Assembly: GCF_964204865.1 (NCBI RefSeq)
Contig: NC_135261.1
Location: 14,570,001-14,634,000, forward strand
Direction of reading: 5' to 3'
Length of the DNA stretch: 64,000 nt
Origin: Styela clava
Lineage: Eukaryota
Made by a program: the position numbers and the translations under genes
Notes under the pieces: generated by a model
Databases searched by the model: none
Seen by the model: the letters and a program-made list of their open reading frames with translations, nothing else
Told to the model about the DNA's origin: nothing
Shown: positions 40,147 to 52,738 of the stretch, piece by piece
Numbering within the stretch: position 1 is the stretch's first letter
Layout of the letters: each line of letters opens with the position of its first letter

Positions 40147-43100
40147 ATGAAATATTTAACATCTTTGCTTGTGATCTTTGGTATCCTTGGCCGTACATAC
40201 GGTAAGTTTGATAACAGGCATTTATGCATATAACTTATAGAAGTGTAAATTAGAATATCAAAGCAAAAGTTGTACTAACCTCGTTCTTGGAAATTTTTGA
40301 ACCATGTATGTGGACGAAACATATTGCAAATATTTTATCCCCTAAGTACGTTGTCATATACACTTTAAAATATTCGAAGTATGAAAATTTACTGATGTGC
40401 AACACCACTTGGATATTTGCCAGTTGCCTCATTTCTACTGCATAACAAAGTTTATTTTACAATTTCGATATCAATATTTATTGTTTTGTAAACACGATAA
40501 ACCCGTTTCTTTTATGCTTACCTTCAGATCACTTATACCTCCTGAACAATATTGTAACAACCATTTATTATTTTAGGTTTGAATTGCTACACCTGCACAG
40601 ATAATAATTATGATGGAGAGACAGCACAAACTTGTTTCACTACTGTATCAGGGACAACAGCTTCTAATGCTTGTACAGCTAATTCGGGAACAACTGTGTA
40701 TTACTGTAGTACAAAATTTACAGTAATTGATGGTAAAGTTAAACTTTTCTGATTTTGAAATAAATGTTCCTCTGATATCTAACAGCTATAAAACCATATT
40801 TCTGCTATCGGTATTGTTAAGGTGTCACTACGGTTGTTGTGCGAGGCTGTGCTGCGAGTACTTCTGATGAAGACACTCACTCCGACGCAGTTCCAACCGC
40901 AGATAGATGTATAACTACTCTTGATGCTACTGGCAATCCAACCGCGACCACAATATGCTATTATCATTGCAGCACACCTGACAACTGTAACACTGAAAAA
41001 ACAGGTTTGCATTTAAGATTGAATTTTAAACACAAGCTAGAAAAAGGAGAGTTATTATGATTATTTTTTTTTCAGACTCGTTGAAACAATGCCCAAATGA
41101 TTGTTCGTCCGGATCTAGTCAAGGGAGCTGCAACTATATCACCGGAGTATGCGTTTGTGCCTCAGGATGGTCTGGTACTGATTGCACCACGGCAGTTAGT
41201 AAGTAAATTTTTTAAGTACAGACTCTTACAAACATTTCCTGCGGTATGGCGTGTTGTATTGAACTGAAATCAATTTTTATTTGCTACAGAGAATCGAATT
41301 GCAAGTACCATGCGTTTTATTAATATTTTTTGATGTCCCAAAACGGTCGTGTTACAGAAAAATATGCTACTCACGTTCAAAATTAATGATTTTATCAAAG
41401 AAGTGTTACTAATAGTAATAATACAAATTTTTCGGAACAAAAAATGAAATATGAGCCACAAAGATGTTCAATTTGGAAGTTTCTCAGAGATGACGATATA
41501 TTTAGAAATAGGTCGAAACGTTCTAATTAGAGTTGGACATGTAAAGTAAAATCTACCCAGAGTAAAAAGACGAAAAAGATATCAAGAATATTCATAAAAT
41601 AAGTAAACTTATTGAATATTTTATGTTTTCCTAGCTTCAACCTCAAGCGGGTCCTCCAGAAAATGTGTTCAGTGTAACTCAGAAATTGATAGCGGATGTA
41701 GTACATCAACAACAAGTGTGGATTGTCCAGGGACTGAAGCATATTGCTCTACAAGAACATCAACCATTTTTGACGGATGTAAGTAGAATTGTTATAATTA
41801 ACGGAGATTGAGAAGCATAAGAATAGTTTGAAAAATCAATTTGTATATATTATTTCATATTTAGCCGATGCAGTTATCCGCACTGTCACCACGAAAGCTT
41901 GCACAGCTGATTTCAAAGCTGTTGATCAATGCGTATTCAACGATATTCACAGTGACTCACCAATTAGCGATACAAGTGTTGGTTACAGCGAGTTTAACTG
42001 TTTCTCTACCTGCGATAGCAATGATTGCAACACCAACACAGGTTTGATTTTTGATTTCTAATATTGAAATTTTTCATACAGTTTCGTTATAAAACCTTGA
42101 AATATTTTAATTTGACATTTAAAATATTTAATTAGACGGCAATTTGGGAAATTGATTACCGATAATGATAATATTATTTGTGCTTCAGCTGATGGAGTGA
42201 TCAACGGTAATGAAGCAGTTTTGCTTCAATGTGTCGTTTGTAGTGATACCACAGGATCCGGTACCTGTAACACAGATACAACAAGAAAAGCTTGTCCGAG
42301 CGGATCAACTCATTGCAAACATACAGCAATATACCATATATTTGACAGAGTCGACCTTTCTTACACAGGTGGATAAATTACTTTTGCACAGAATATACCT
42401 GTAGGGAAAGTTAGGTAATTTGTTTAAATATATTTAAAATTTTTGGCTGTTTCCATTAAACTATATTGTAATAAATATAAGCATTCATAGGAAGGCTATA
42501 CAATTTACAAAGCACAACTGCAAGCAGGTATGATAATACAGATATTACCAGAATAGACATTTTATTTTTTTCCCACTAATATATACAAATCTTTCAATTT
42601 GGGCAAAGGGATAAGTTTAAACTTTCACTTATATGAATAAACCTATAACAGCCGATCCAGGATATGATCTTGTTAGTGTTGTACGTGAGTGCGCCACGGC
42701 TGCTGTGTCAAGCGGATGCACTGAAACTTCAGTTGAAAGTCTCAGTTTTAAGAAAGTTACTTGCACTGAAACATGCCAGGGTGACGGTTGTAACGTTGGA
42801 TGGCGTGAGTTCTATTTTACATTTATTCAACCTAAACTTTAGTTTGTTTGAAACATATTTAGGATTAATTTTTTTTAATAATGTTTAATATCGGGAGTAT
42901 GTATTAATTAAATAAATACTGGATTTGAATATGATAGAATGTTCGAAAAATTCACTTCCTGAAATATGCACTTATTATCATTTTCACACCGCTTGTAGTT
43001 TCTTCGTTATCCAAAATTGATGCATACTCCAATTCCAATAATTACGATTAATTTATATTACGTCAATAGATGATGTTTTCTTCGCTATTTCTTGCTAATT

Positions 43101-44090
43101 TTATAATTCAATGCGTTTTAGCTGCAAGACCCGAATGCATCACATGCTCGTCACATCTCGTATACGATACTGATGACTATGATCAATGCATTGAAAATCC
43201 TCCTATGGCTGCTGCTTGTACTTATCCGTATGAAGCATACTGCGTGATCCAAGAAAGCGGAATACAAAAAGGAAGCAGAAGTACGTAACTGGAACTCCCT
43301 ATATCCATTTGTACAGTTGAGATATTAAAATACTGTTTTAGATTTTCAAATTTGTTATCGTTACAGAAAGTGTTGAGGGATATCCTCGAAGAATAACTCG
43401 CGGTTGCTTCCATTCTGACATCGGAACTGCCTGCTCTACGTACACTCCTCGTGACACAGAAATGGAGTCATGCAATCGTACATGCACAACAGATGGATGT
43501 AATGTCGGTACGTTATAGCTAATATAAAAATTTAGTAATGAGCAACTTCATAAATATAAATGTTGTAACATTTGGAGAACTTATGGTTGTGTGTGTTCTA
43601 TTTTTCTAATGAATATTTGAGGACATATGATTACATCGTCACACAAAATAATTGGTTGCTTTATAAATGTTAAATTGGTATCTTAAGTGCTGCAACTCAT
43701 CTGCCATGTTCTGAATTTTCAACGTCTAGGGGTGGTATGAATATATTTACGATAAATGAGAACTTTATGGCGGTAGACATCGTATCATAACATAGTAGTA
43801 TATTATGTTTGAAATAATAGAATAGTTCCAAATCGAATCATATACGTTTTATCCAGTCATGATTGCCTTAATAGTTTATTTCATTGATAATGAGCATTTG
43901 AAGCTATAGCACGAAATCAAGAAAACCAAAATATAAATAATAATACATATGAACAATAAAACTGGGCCTTAATTATTACCCATTCTTAATTTCAGGAAGC
44001 GGAGGTTTGATGCCAGTCGTTACTCTTTTGACATTCTTCCTTCCATCCAGCAGCCTTTGGATTGCTCACACAACGTTATTTTTAAACTAA
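40147..44090 (+). CDS. Array copy 8: B-type promoter, A-type LU4, B-type terminal exon with 4-nt duplication giving a new tail
   Basis: Exons 40147-40201, 40577-40732, 40822-41004, 41076-41198, 41635-41778, 41865-42041, 42189-42368, 42652-42804, 43122-43280, 43367-43507, 43996-44090. Tail GSGGLMPVVTLLTFFLPSSSLWIAHTTLFLN. Confidence 0.8.
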
Positions 44091-45400
44091 TTTTCCAGAG
44101 TAATTTTTATTTTTATCAACATTGATGTTAGTACTTTTATTTATATTAACAAAAGTAGAGGACTAAATTTGAGTATTGCCGTGAAACTTATTATCAAGAA
44201 GTGATTTTCACTTTTTTGTAGTTTTAACGACGATCAATTAGGCCATAACTTCTGTTACAGAAGTATTTTATTTATTCAAGCCTTAAGGAGTCGCGACTTT
44301 TGAACAAATTTTCATGAAGTTTGTGTTATATGAATTTAGGAAATAAGAAATGCAGAAACGATGATTAGCGCATAAGCTAAGATAAACTCCCACAGTGTTT
44401 CCATGCTGGCTATTTTTAATAACAACATTTTTTGGTTACAAAGAAGTTGATCTTGGTGTTCAATATAACTTTCTACGCGCAATGATCTCACAAAACAGAT
44501 GCTATAGCATGCTATCTGATGCTCTTCTTGGAAAGCTATCACAAATACGAGTTCTCATGCTCGTGACTTTATCAAATATTTATCCTGATACCAGTATCGT
44601 GTTATGCAGATTTCTTTTTATTGTTACTTTGTTATATTGTTACACAAAAATTTAGTTTCAATTAAAGATAGATTTGTGCTGAGAAATTGTTTTATTCTTT
44701 TTCATGTTTTTAACAATAAACCCCACTTCAAGCGTGCCAATCATCATTCTCTCATGCTTGATTGTGTACAAAATGATGTATCCTGACCCGGTTCAGTAGT
44801 TAGATCTGTATATTGATGTGTAATAAATTCCACGTGCGAAATACATTTATAATTGTTTGTGTGTTTACATGCATGCTGATTTCATTCTCATTGTTAGGTC
44901 TAAAAACCTTTGGAATTTTCATGATAACACTGCAACATTGTGTTATTATTTTGTTTATACCCTGTTCATTTCGCGACATCGACTCTTAATGAATATGAAA
45001 AACTGATTCAGCAAATATTTTTGTTGCCTTCATGCTTGACGAGTCGCCATAAGCCTACTTTATCATTCATTGTATAGAGAAATAGTCAGAACTGAGAGTA
45101 ACACCAGAAGACACGGTTTAATCTGCATGGTGGTGCAACGCTTTGAAGCTATAACATAATTTGCTATATTACTAGCCTGTTTTTTGCACAGCGCCTCAGC
45201 TATACTTTTTGAAATTTGGTAAACAGATTACTCACTGTATTTGATTTTAGAATGTCAGCAATATTTGTTTGAGGTTTACCCTGAATGAAACTTTTATATT
45301 AATGCTGAAATTTATAGCTTGCATCAAATTCAGGAAAGGGTGAAATGTAAATATGTTTTGATATGTTAGTGAGAGACTCGAGATATCGCCTAACATAAAA

Positions 45401-45725
45401 AAGGAGAATATCGGTCAGAGACCGAAGACTTATCGATCGGAGGTTAGGGGATCCCCAAAACAGCGCTCTTACTCCATAGTGACACCTTGTGTCCCATCAC
45501 TAATTAATTAATAACTCGCTAATTATTCGACATAATTTGCCCAAAATCAATAGGCTTCTGGTCCGAGATAAGATGAATGCGCATGCAAAATCTGGAGCAG
45601 ATTAAATCTCGCTTTCGTGAGATATCGCGTGCATCTAACAGACAAACAGACATACAGACAGACAAATACCTATCAACATACTTACCGATTAAAATCGATA
45701 AGTAACCATTAAAATCGATAAGTAA
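45401..45725 (-). mobile_element. Non-autonomous Helentron-type (HINE/DINE-1-like) element in copy 9 promoter
   Basis: Absent at the homologous site of copies 7, 8 and 10. Subterminal inverted repeats ACTTATCGAT (45428) / ATCGATAAGT (45694, 45714), terminal hairpin TCGGTC-AGA-GACCGA (45411-45425), (CAGA)n tract ~45639-45664, inserted in an A/T run with no clear TSD. Confidence 0.8.
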
Positions 45726-46389
45726 CATATAAATTGAAAAATACCACGTCATTGTTACCGTTTCCTATATATAATAAGCACACAAGGAAAATTTTCAGTC
45801 GAGTTGATTCGCTCGCACTTGATTCGAACTATCGTGTGATCTCTAATGTATTATGAATTCTGACTTTTATGTACCTATACTAATAACGCTACAGTTGAAT
45901 TAACAGGTGATCAGAAAAACTTCACACGGTGTTTCAGCACATGAGTTGTAGTTCACTACGATAAAAGTAAGCAATATTTCAAAGGTTTTAGATTTGTTCA
46001 ATCGGGAAAATATAGAAACAGTTTTTATTCAATTATTTTTTGTAACTTATCTAGATGGAAGGTTCAAATTTAATTTTTATCGAGGTTATTTATTTATTAC
46101 ATTGAATACTGGTCTTATTAAACTATTATACGGATGAAAATCGTTTTCTTTGAGACTTTATTGTACATTTTAAGGCATAATCATTTGATCTATATAGAAT
46201 CAGTAATACTTCAAGATATTTTTCGTAGCAGTTTTTTTGTAAATTTAGGATGTTACTATAGAAGATTTTTGTTCAAATTTAGGTAAAGTCGTTGTTTTGT
46301 TCTTTTTAACAAACATACAACGATAATAATACCAACGATATTTTTATTTCCATTTTTCAAAATCAAAGTTTATTCACTTGAACACAAAG

Positions 46390-49300
46390 ATGAAATATTC
46401 AACATCTTTTTCTGTAATCTTTAGTATCCTTGGCCCTACGGTAAGTTTAATAAGAGGCATTTATGCATCTAATTTATAGAAGTGTGAATTACAATATCAA
46501 AGCAAAAGTTATACTAACCTTGTTCTTGGAAATTTTTGAACCATGTATGTGGACGAAACATATTGCAAATAGTTTATCCCCCAAGTACGTTGTCAAATCC
46601 ACTTTGAAATATTCGAAATATGAAAATTTATTAATGTGCAACACCACTTGGATAATTGCCAATTTAATTTTCCAATTCTATAACAAAGTTAATTTTAAAA
46701 TTTTGATATCATTATTTACTGTTTGGAAACACGATAAAACCGACTCTTTTATGCTTATGCTTATCTTGAGATAACTTACCTCTTGAACAATTTTGTAACA
46801 ACCATTAATTATTTTAGGTTTGGATTGCAACACCTGCACAGATACTAATTATCATGGAGAGGCAGCAGAAACTGTTTCACTACTGTATCAGGGACAACAA
46901 CTTCTACTGCTTGCACTGCTGATTCGGGAACTACTGTGTATTACTGCAGTACAAAATTTACAGTAACTTTAAAATAAAGCTGAACTGATATCAAACAGCT
47001 ATAAAACCATATTTCTGCTCTCGATATTGTTAAGGTGTCACTACGGGTGTAGTGCGACGCTGTGCTGCGAGTACGTTTGATGAAGACACTCACTTCGACG
47101 CTGTTCCAACCGCAGTATAACTGCTCTTGATGCTATCGGCAATTCTACCGCGACCACAGAATGCTACTATCATTGCAGCACACCTGACAACTGTAACACT
47201 GGAAATTAAGGTTTGCATTTAAGATTGAATTTTAAGCACAAGCTAGAAAAAGGAGAATTATCATGATAAATTTTTTTCAGCCTCTTTGAAACAATGCCCA
47301 AATGATTGTACCTCCATAGTCAAGGGAGCTGCAACTATATCACCGGAGTATGCGTTTGTGCCTCAGGATGGTCAGGTACTTATTGCAACACGGTAGTTAG
47401 TAAGTAAACTTCTTAAGTACAGATTCTTACAAACATTTCTTTTGGTATGGCGTGTTGTATTGAACTGAAATCATTTATTTTTTCTACAGAGAATCATAGT
47501 GCAAGTACCAGGCGTTTTAATAATATCTCTAGATGTCCCAAAACAGTCGTGGTACAGAACGATATTGTACTCATGTTCGGAAAAAATGACTTGATCCCAA
47601 AAGTGTTACTTATAGTATTAATGATAATTTTTCCGAACGAAAAAAAATATATGCCACAAAGATGTTCAATTCGAAAGTTCTTCAAATATTAGTATATATT
47701 TAGAAATTGGTCGAAACGTTCTAATTAGAGTTGAACACATAATGTAAAATCTACCCAGAGTAATAATAGGAAAAAAGACTTAAGATTTATAATAATATAA
47801 GTAAACCTATTTAAAATTCTATGTTTCCCTAGCTTCAACGCTAATCTGGGCCTCCAGAAAATGTGTTCAGTGTAACTCAGAAATTGATAGCGGATGTAGT
47901 ACATCAACAAGTGTAGGTGTAGACTGTCCAGGGACTGAAGCATATTGCTCTACATGAACATCAACCATTTTTGACGGATGTAAGTAGAATTGTTATAATT
48001 AACGAAGATTGAGAAGCTTAAAAATAGTTTGAAAAATCAATTTGTATATATTATCCCATATTCAGCCGATGCAGTTATCCGCACTGTCACCACCAAAGCT
48101 TGCTCAGCTAATTTCAAAGCTGTTCATAAATGCGTATTCAACGATATTTACAGTGACTCACCAATTAGCGATACAAGTGTTAATTACAGCGAGTTTAACT
48201 GTTTCCCTACCTGCGATACCGATCATTGAAAAACCAACACAGGTTTGATTTTTGATTTCTAGCATTGAAATATTTTTTTCATACCGTTTTGTTATAAAAC
48301 ATTGAAATATTCTAATTTGACATTTGAAATATTTAATGAGAAAGCAGTTTGGGAAGTTTATAACCGACATGATAATATTATTTGTGCTTCAGCTGATGGA
48401 ATGATGAACGGTAATGAAGCAGTTGCGCTTCAATGTGTCGTTTGTAGTGATACCACAGGGGGCGGTGGTTGCAAAAAAGTAACAGCAAGACAAGCTTGTC
48501 CGAGCGGATCAAATCATTGCAAACATACAGCAATATACCATAAAGCTGACAGAGTCGATCTTTCTTACACATATGAATAAATTACTTTTGCACAGAATAT
48601 GCCTGTGGGCAAAGTTAGGTACATTGTTTGAATTTCTTTAAAAAATTTGGCTGTTTTCATTGAATTATTTTGCAATAATTATAAGCATTCGTAGGAAGGC
48701 TATAAAATTTACGAAGCACAACTGCAAGCAGATATGATAATGCAGATATTCCCAGAATAGACATTTTATTTTTTTCCCACTATTATATACAAATCTTTCA
48801 TTTTAGGCAAAGGAATAAGTTTAAACTTTCACTTATATAAATAAATCTATAACAGCCGATCCGGGATATAAACTTGTTAGTGTTGTACGTGAGTGCGCCA
48901 CTGCTGCCGTGACAAGCGGATGCACTGAAGTTTCAGATGGAAGTCTCAGTTTCAAGAAAGTTACGTGCACTGAAACATGCCAGGGTGACGGATGTAACGT
49001 TGGATGGCGTGAGTTCTTTTTTACATTTAATCAACTTAAAGTTTAGTTTGTTTGAAACATATTTAGAATTCATTTTTTTAGAATTGTTATATATTGGGTG
49101 ATTATATTAATTAAATAAACACTGGATTTGAATATGATATAATGTTTGGAAAATTCACTTATGAAATTATACACCTATTATTATTATTTTTACGCCGCTA
49201 GTAGTTTCTTCGTTGTCCAAGATTAATGCATACTCGAATTCCAATGGTTACCATTAGTTTATCTTACGTCAATAGATGATATTTTCTACTTTATTTCTGG

Positions 49301-50393
49301 CTAATTATGTAATTCAATGCGTTTTAGCTGCAAGACCCGAATGTATCACATGCTCGACAAACACTGGTGCCACAGTTAATGATTACGATACTGATGGCTC
49401 TGATCAATGCCTTAAAAATCCACCAATGCCAGCTGCATGCAGTCATCCATACCACTAAAGTTGTGTAATCCACGAAGGCGGGCTCGAGAAAGGATATAGA
49501 AGTATGTGAACCAATATTATTATTTTTTTAAATTTAATTTACAAAACTTAACTCGATTAATTTAAACAATTTTAAACATATTCTTTAAAATATTTCCATT
49601 TTCATTATAACAGAAAGTGTGGAGGGATATCCTCGTAGAATTACTCGCGGTTGTCCCTATGCTGGAATAGGAAATGGATGCACATCTGCGCAACCCCGTG
49701 ACACTGAAATTGAGACATGCAATCGCACATGCACTACTGATGGATGCAACGTTGGTAAGATGTCATTTGAAGTAAAATTGTTTTGTGCTATTAGACCACG
49801 AAACCTATCTCAAGATAGTACTATAGCGTAAGGGTTACCGCTGCATTTTCCTTTTGCCATGCATATCGCCTATTTATATGCTTTAATTTTGCTATGAACG
49901 CTTAATTTGTACATATCCTAGGAAATAATCAAATATAAAATTGAATTAGTCACCATTTTAAGGGAAGAAAGGTTAAATACAACATGTTATAATATTTTCA
50001 TCTATTCGTTCCATCAATGACAATAATAGATATTTTTAATTCTTTCCTGGTACCTACCAACAAATTGCCTCCTTTTATACGAGCAGCGGGTGACGAGGTA
50101 GACCTTGGACTGCACCTTAGTAGGCAATATATCGCGGAAGACATCATGCTATAATAGCATAGTAGCATAGTATGTTTGAAATAATAGAAAAGTTCCAAAT
50201 CGAATCCTATACGTTATGTCAATCCATGACTGCCATAGCAATTTTTTCAATGATTATAGGCATGAGGAGCAAACTGGGTCTCAAGTATCACTTATTCTTA
50301 ATTTCAGGAAGCGGAGGTTTGATGCCAGTCGTTACTCTTCTGACATTCCTACTTCCAGCAGCCTTTGGATGGCTCACACAACGTTACTTTTAA
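46390..50393 (+). pseudogene. Array copy 9: full-length pseudogene (B-type)
   Basis: Frameshifts in exons 1 (-4), 2 (-1, donor deleted), 3 (-7) and 4 (-4). TGA in exon 5 (~47955) and exon 6 (48227), exon 7 donor lost, TAA in exon 9 (49456). Transposon in the promoter. Confidence 0.92.
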
Positions 50394-50789
50394 ACTAAAC
50401 TTCGAGAGTAATTTTATTTCTATGAATATTGATGTTATTACTTTTCTTTATATTAACAAAAGTGCAGGATTTGATTTGAGTATTTCCGTGAAAATTATTA
50501 TCAAAAAGTGATTTTTAAGTTTTTGTAGTTTTAACGACGATGAATTAGGCCATAACATCTGTAACAGAAGTATATTATTTATTCAAGCCTTAATGAGTCG
50601 TGACTATTGAATAAAGTTTCATGAAGTTTATTATTTGTGTTATATGATTAGCGTATGAGTTAAGATGTACTCCCACGGTGCTCATGCTTTTTTTTCAATA
50701 CCAAAATTTTTTGACTACAAAGAAGTTGATCTTGGTGTTCAATATAACTTTTACGCGCAATAATATCAAGAAATGGATGAAATAGCATG

Positions 50790-51900
50790 CTATCTAACAT
50801 AATAAAAAATGAAACACTTTTATGTAAAATGATATTGCGCAATACAAAGAATAATATTGCAGCAAACTCAGAAATTCGCATTATTAAATAGGAATTGGAA
50901 TAATGGTCAGGCATTCCCAGTTGTTGTCAAAAATAACTGCAAAAGGTAAATAACAATTTCAGTTTGTGTTTAGACAAATATATAGTGATATCGCATGAAT
51001 GCCAATAATGAAATGTGACCTATTATTCGATTAATATAACGGGACGAGAAATTCAACATCGGAGAAATCGTGCCCTTCTCGAGACTTTAGGAAGTTTGCT
51101 ATTTTTTAGTAGGTTCATGTTGGTAAAGGTTGTCATTAGACTTTTCATCTTCACTAAATTTATGGTCAAGCCTTTCATAACAATAATAATGATCCCGTGA
51201 GCAAAATAGTTTAAACTTTAACACCCATTTTTCCACCTAGGACTCAATAATTTTTAATTTAAATTCCTCTTTACATTGTCTGAAGAATATTTGGAATATC
51301 AAGGTTGATTTAAACCATTCAAGGTCCCAAGGATAGTTATTTGATGTTACAAACTAATCTTATATACTATAGTAACCGATATTTACTCAATATCGAGTGC
51401 TTACTTATGTGTGCCAATTTACATAGCCAATAAATACGAATAACAGAAAGATTACAGAGAGTTATTTATGTTGACGCAGCAATAATTTTTTTGTCGTAAT
51501 CGACAATCGGGAAATTTGTGAATAATTTTAAAGAAAACTGACATCACAATTCAGCACAAAGGAATCATCTGTCAAAATATAAATAATATATACAAACACA
51601 TTCTCTATTTAAAAACAATCACATTCCCGGTACAAATTACTGAAAAAACAATTGAGGAATTAATAATTTTTCTAAGAGTATTTTCAAAGAATGAGCGGAA
51701 ATTTCTGGAGATGTGGCAAGTAATCAAATTAACGACAAGAATATCAAAGTATTTCCCGAGATACTCCTATAGATATGCAGCTAGACATAAATGAGTACCA
51801 CAACATATGTTGTCCTAAAGCGCACACTTGCAAATGGTTCGATATACATTTTTTCAAGCAATGCAAATCGTTGGTAGGCATTGCATTCATTTACTATTGT
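50790..51900 (+). repeat. Internal duplicate of the array's right flank (matches ~57070-58182)
   Basis: Colinear high similarity ending at CATTCATTTACTATTGTG, after which 51900 joins B-type promoter-upstream DNA. Confidence 0.9.
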
Positions 51901-52738
51901 GTGATATATTAGTATTTTCCGACATCAATCTAGAAAGAATGAGAAAGAGAAAACAGAATAGATAGTTCCCCTCAGACATTCATTAGAAATTTTACAAACC
52001 CGTTGCTACGTTACGAGAGTAGGGAAACTTCAATGTAGATGAGAGACCCGAGATATCGTCCAACATAAAAACAATAGAAATTGAAAAATAGCGCGCCATT
52101 GTTACCGTTTCCTATATATATGGAGCACACAAGGAAAATTATCAGTTGAGTTAATTCGCTCGCACTTGATTCGAACTATCGTCTGATCTCTAATGTGTTA
52201 TGAATTCTGACTTTTATGTACCTATACTACTAACGCTACAGTTGAATTAACAGGTGATCAGAAAAACTTCACACGATGTTTCAGCACATGAGTTGTAGTT
52301 CACTACGATAAAATTAAGCAATATTTCAAAAGTTTTAGATTTGTTTAATCAGGAAAATATAAAAACAGTTTTTAGTCAATTATTTTTTTTAAAATCTTAT
52401 CTAGATGAAAGGTTCAAATCCAATTTTTATCGAAGATATTTATTTATTACATTGAATACTGGTCTTATTAAATTATTATACAGATGAAAATTGTTTTATT
52501 CGAGAGTATATTGTACATTTTAAGGCATAAACATTTAATCTATAAAGAATCAGTATTTATTCAAGATATTTTTCGAAGCAGTTTTCCGTAAATTCAGGAT
52601 GTTACTATAGGAGATTTTTGTTCAAATTTAGGTAAAGTCGTTGTTTCGTTCTTTTTAACACACGTACAACGATAATGATAACAACGATATTTTTATTTAC
52701 AGTTTTGAAATTCAAAGTTTATTCACTTGAACATAAAG

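Noticed and set aside
51015-51200. YYSINITGREIQHRRNRALL resembling the Gypsy integrase C-terminal RRNR motif
   Set aside because: The frame is not preserved in the duplicate at ~57300, and there are no other pol motifs or LTRs.
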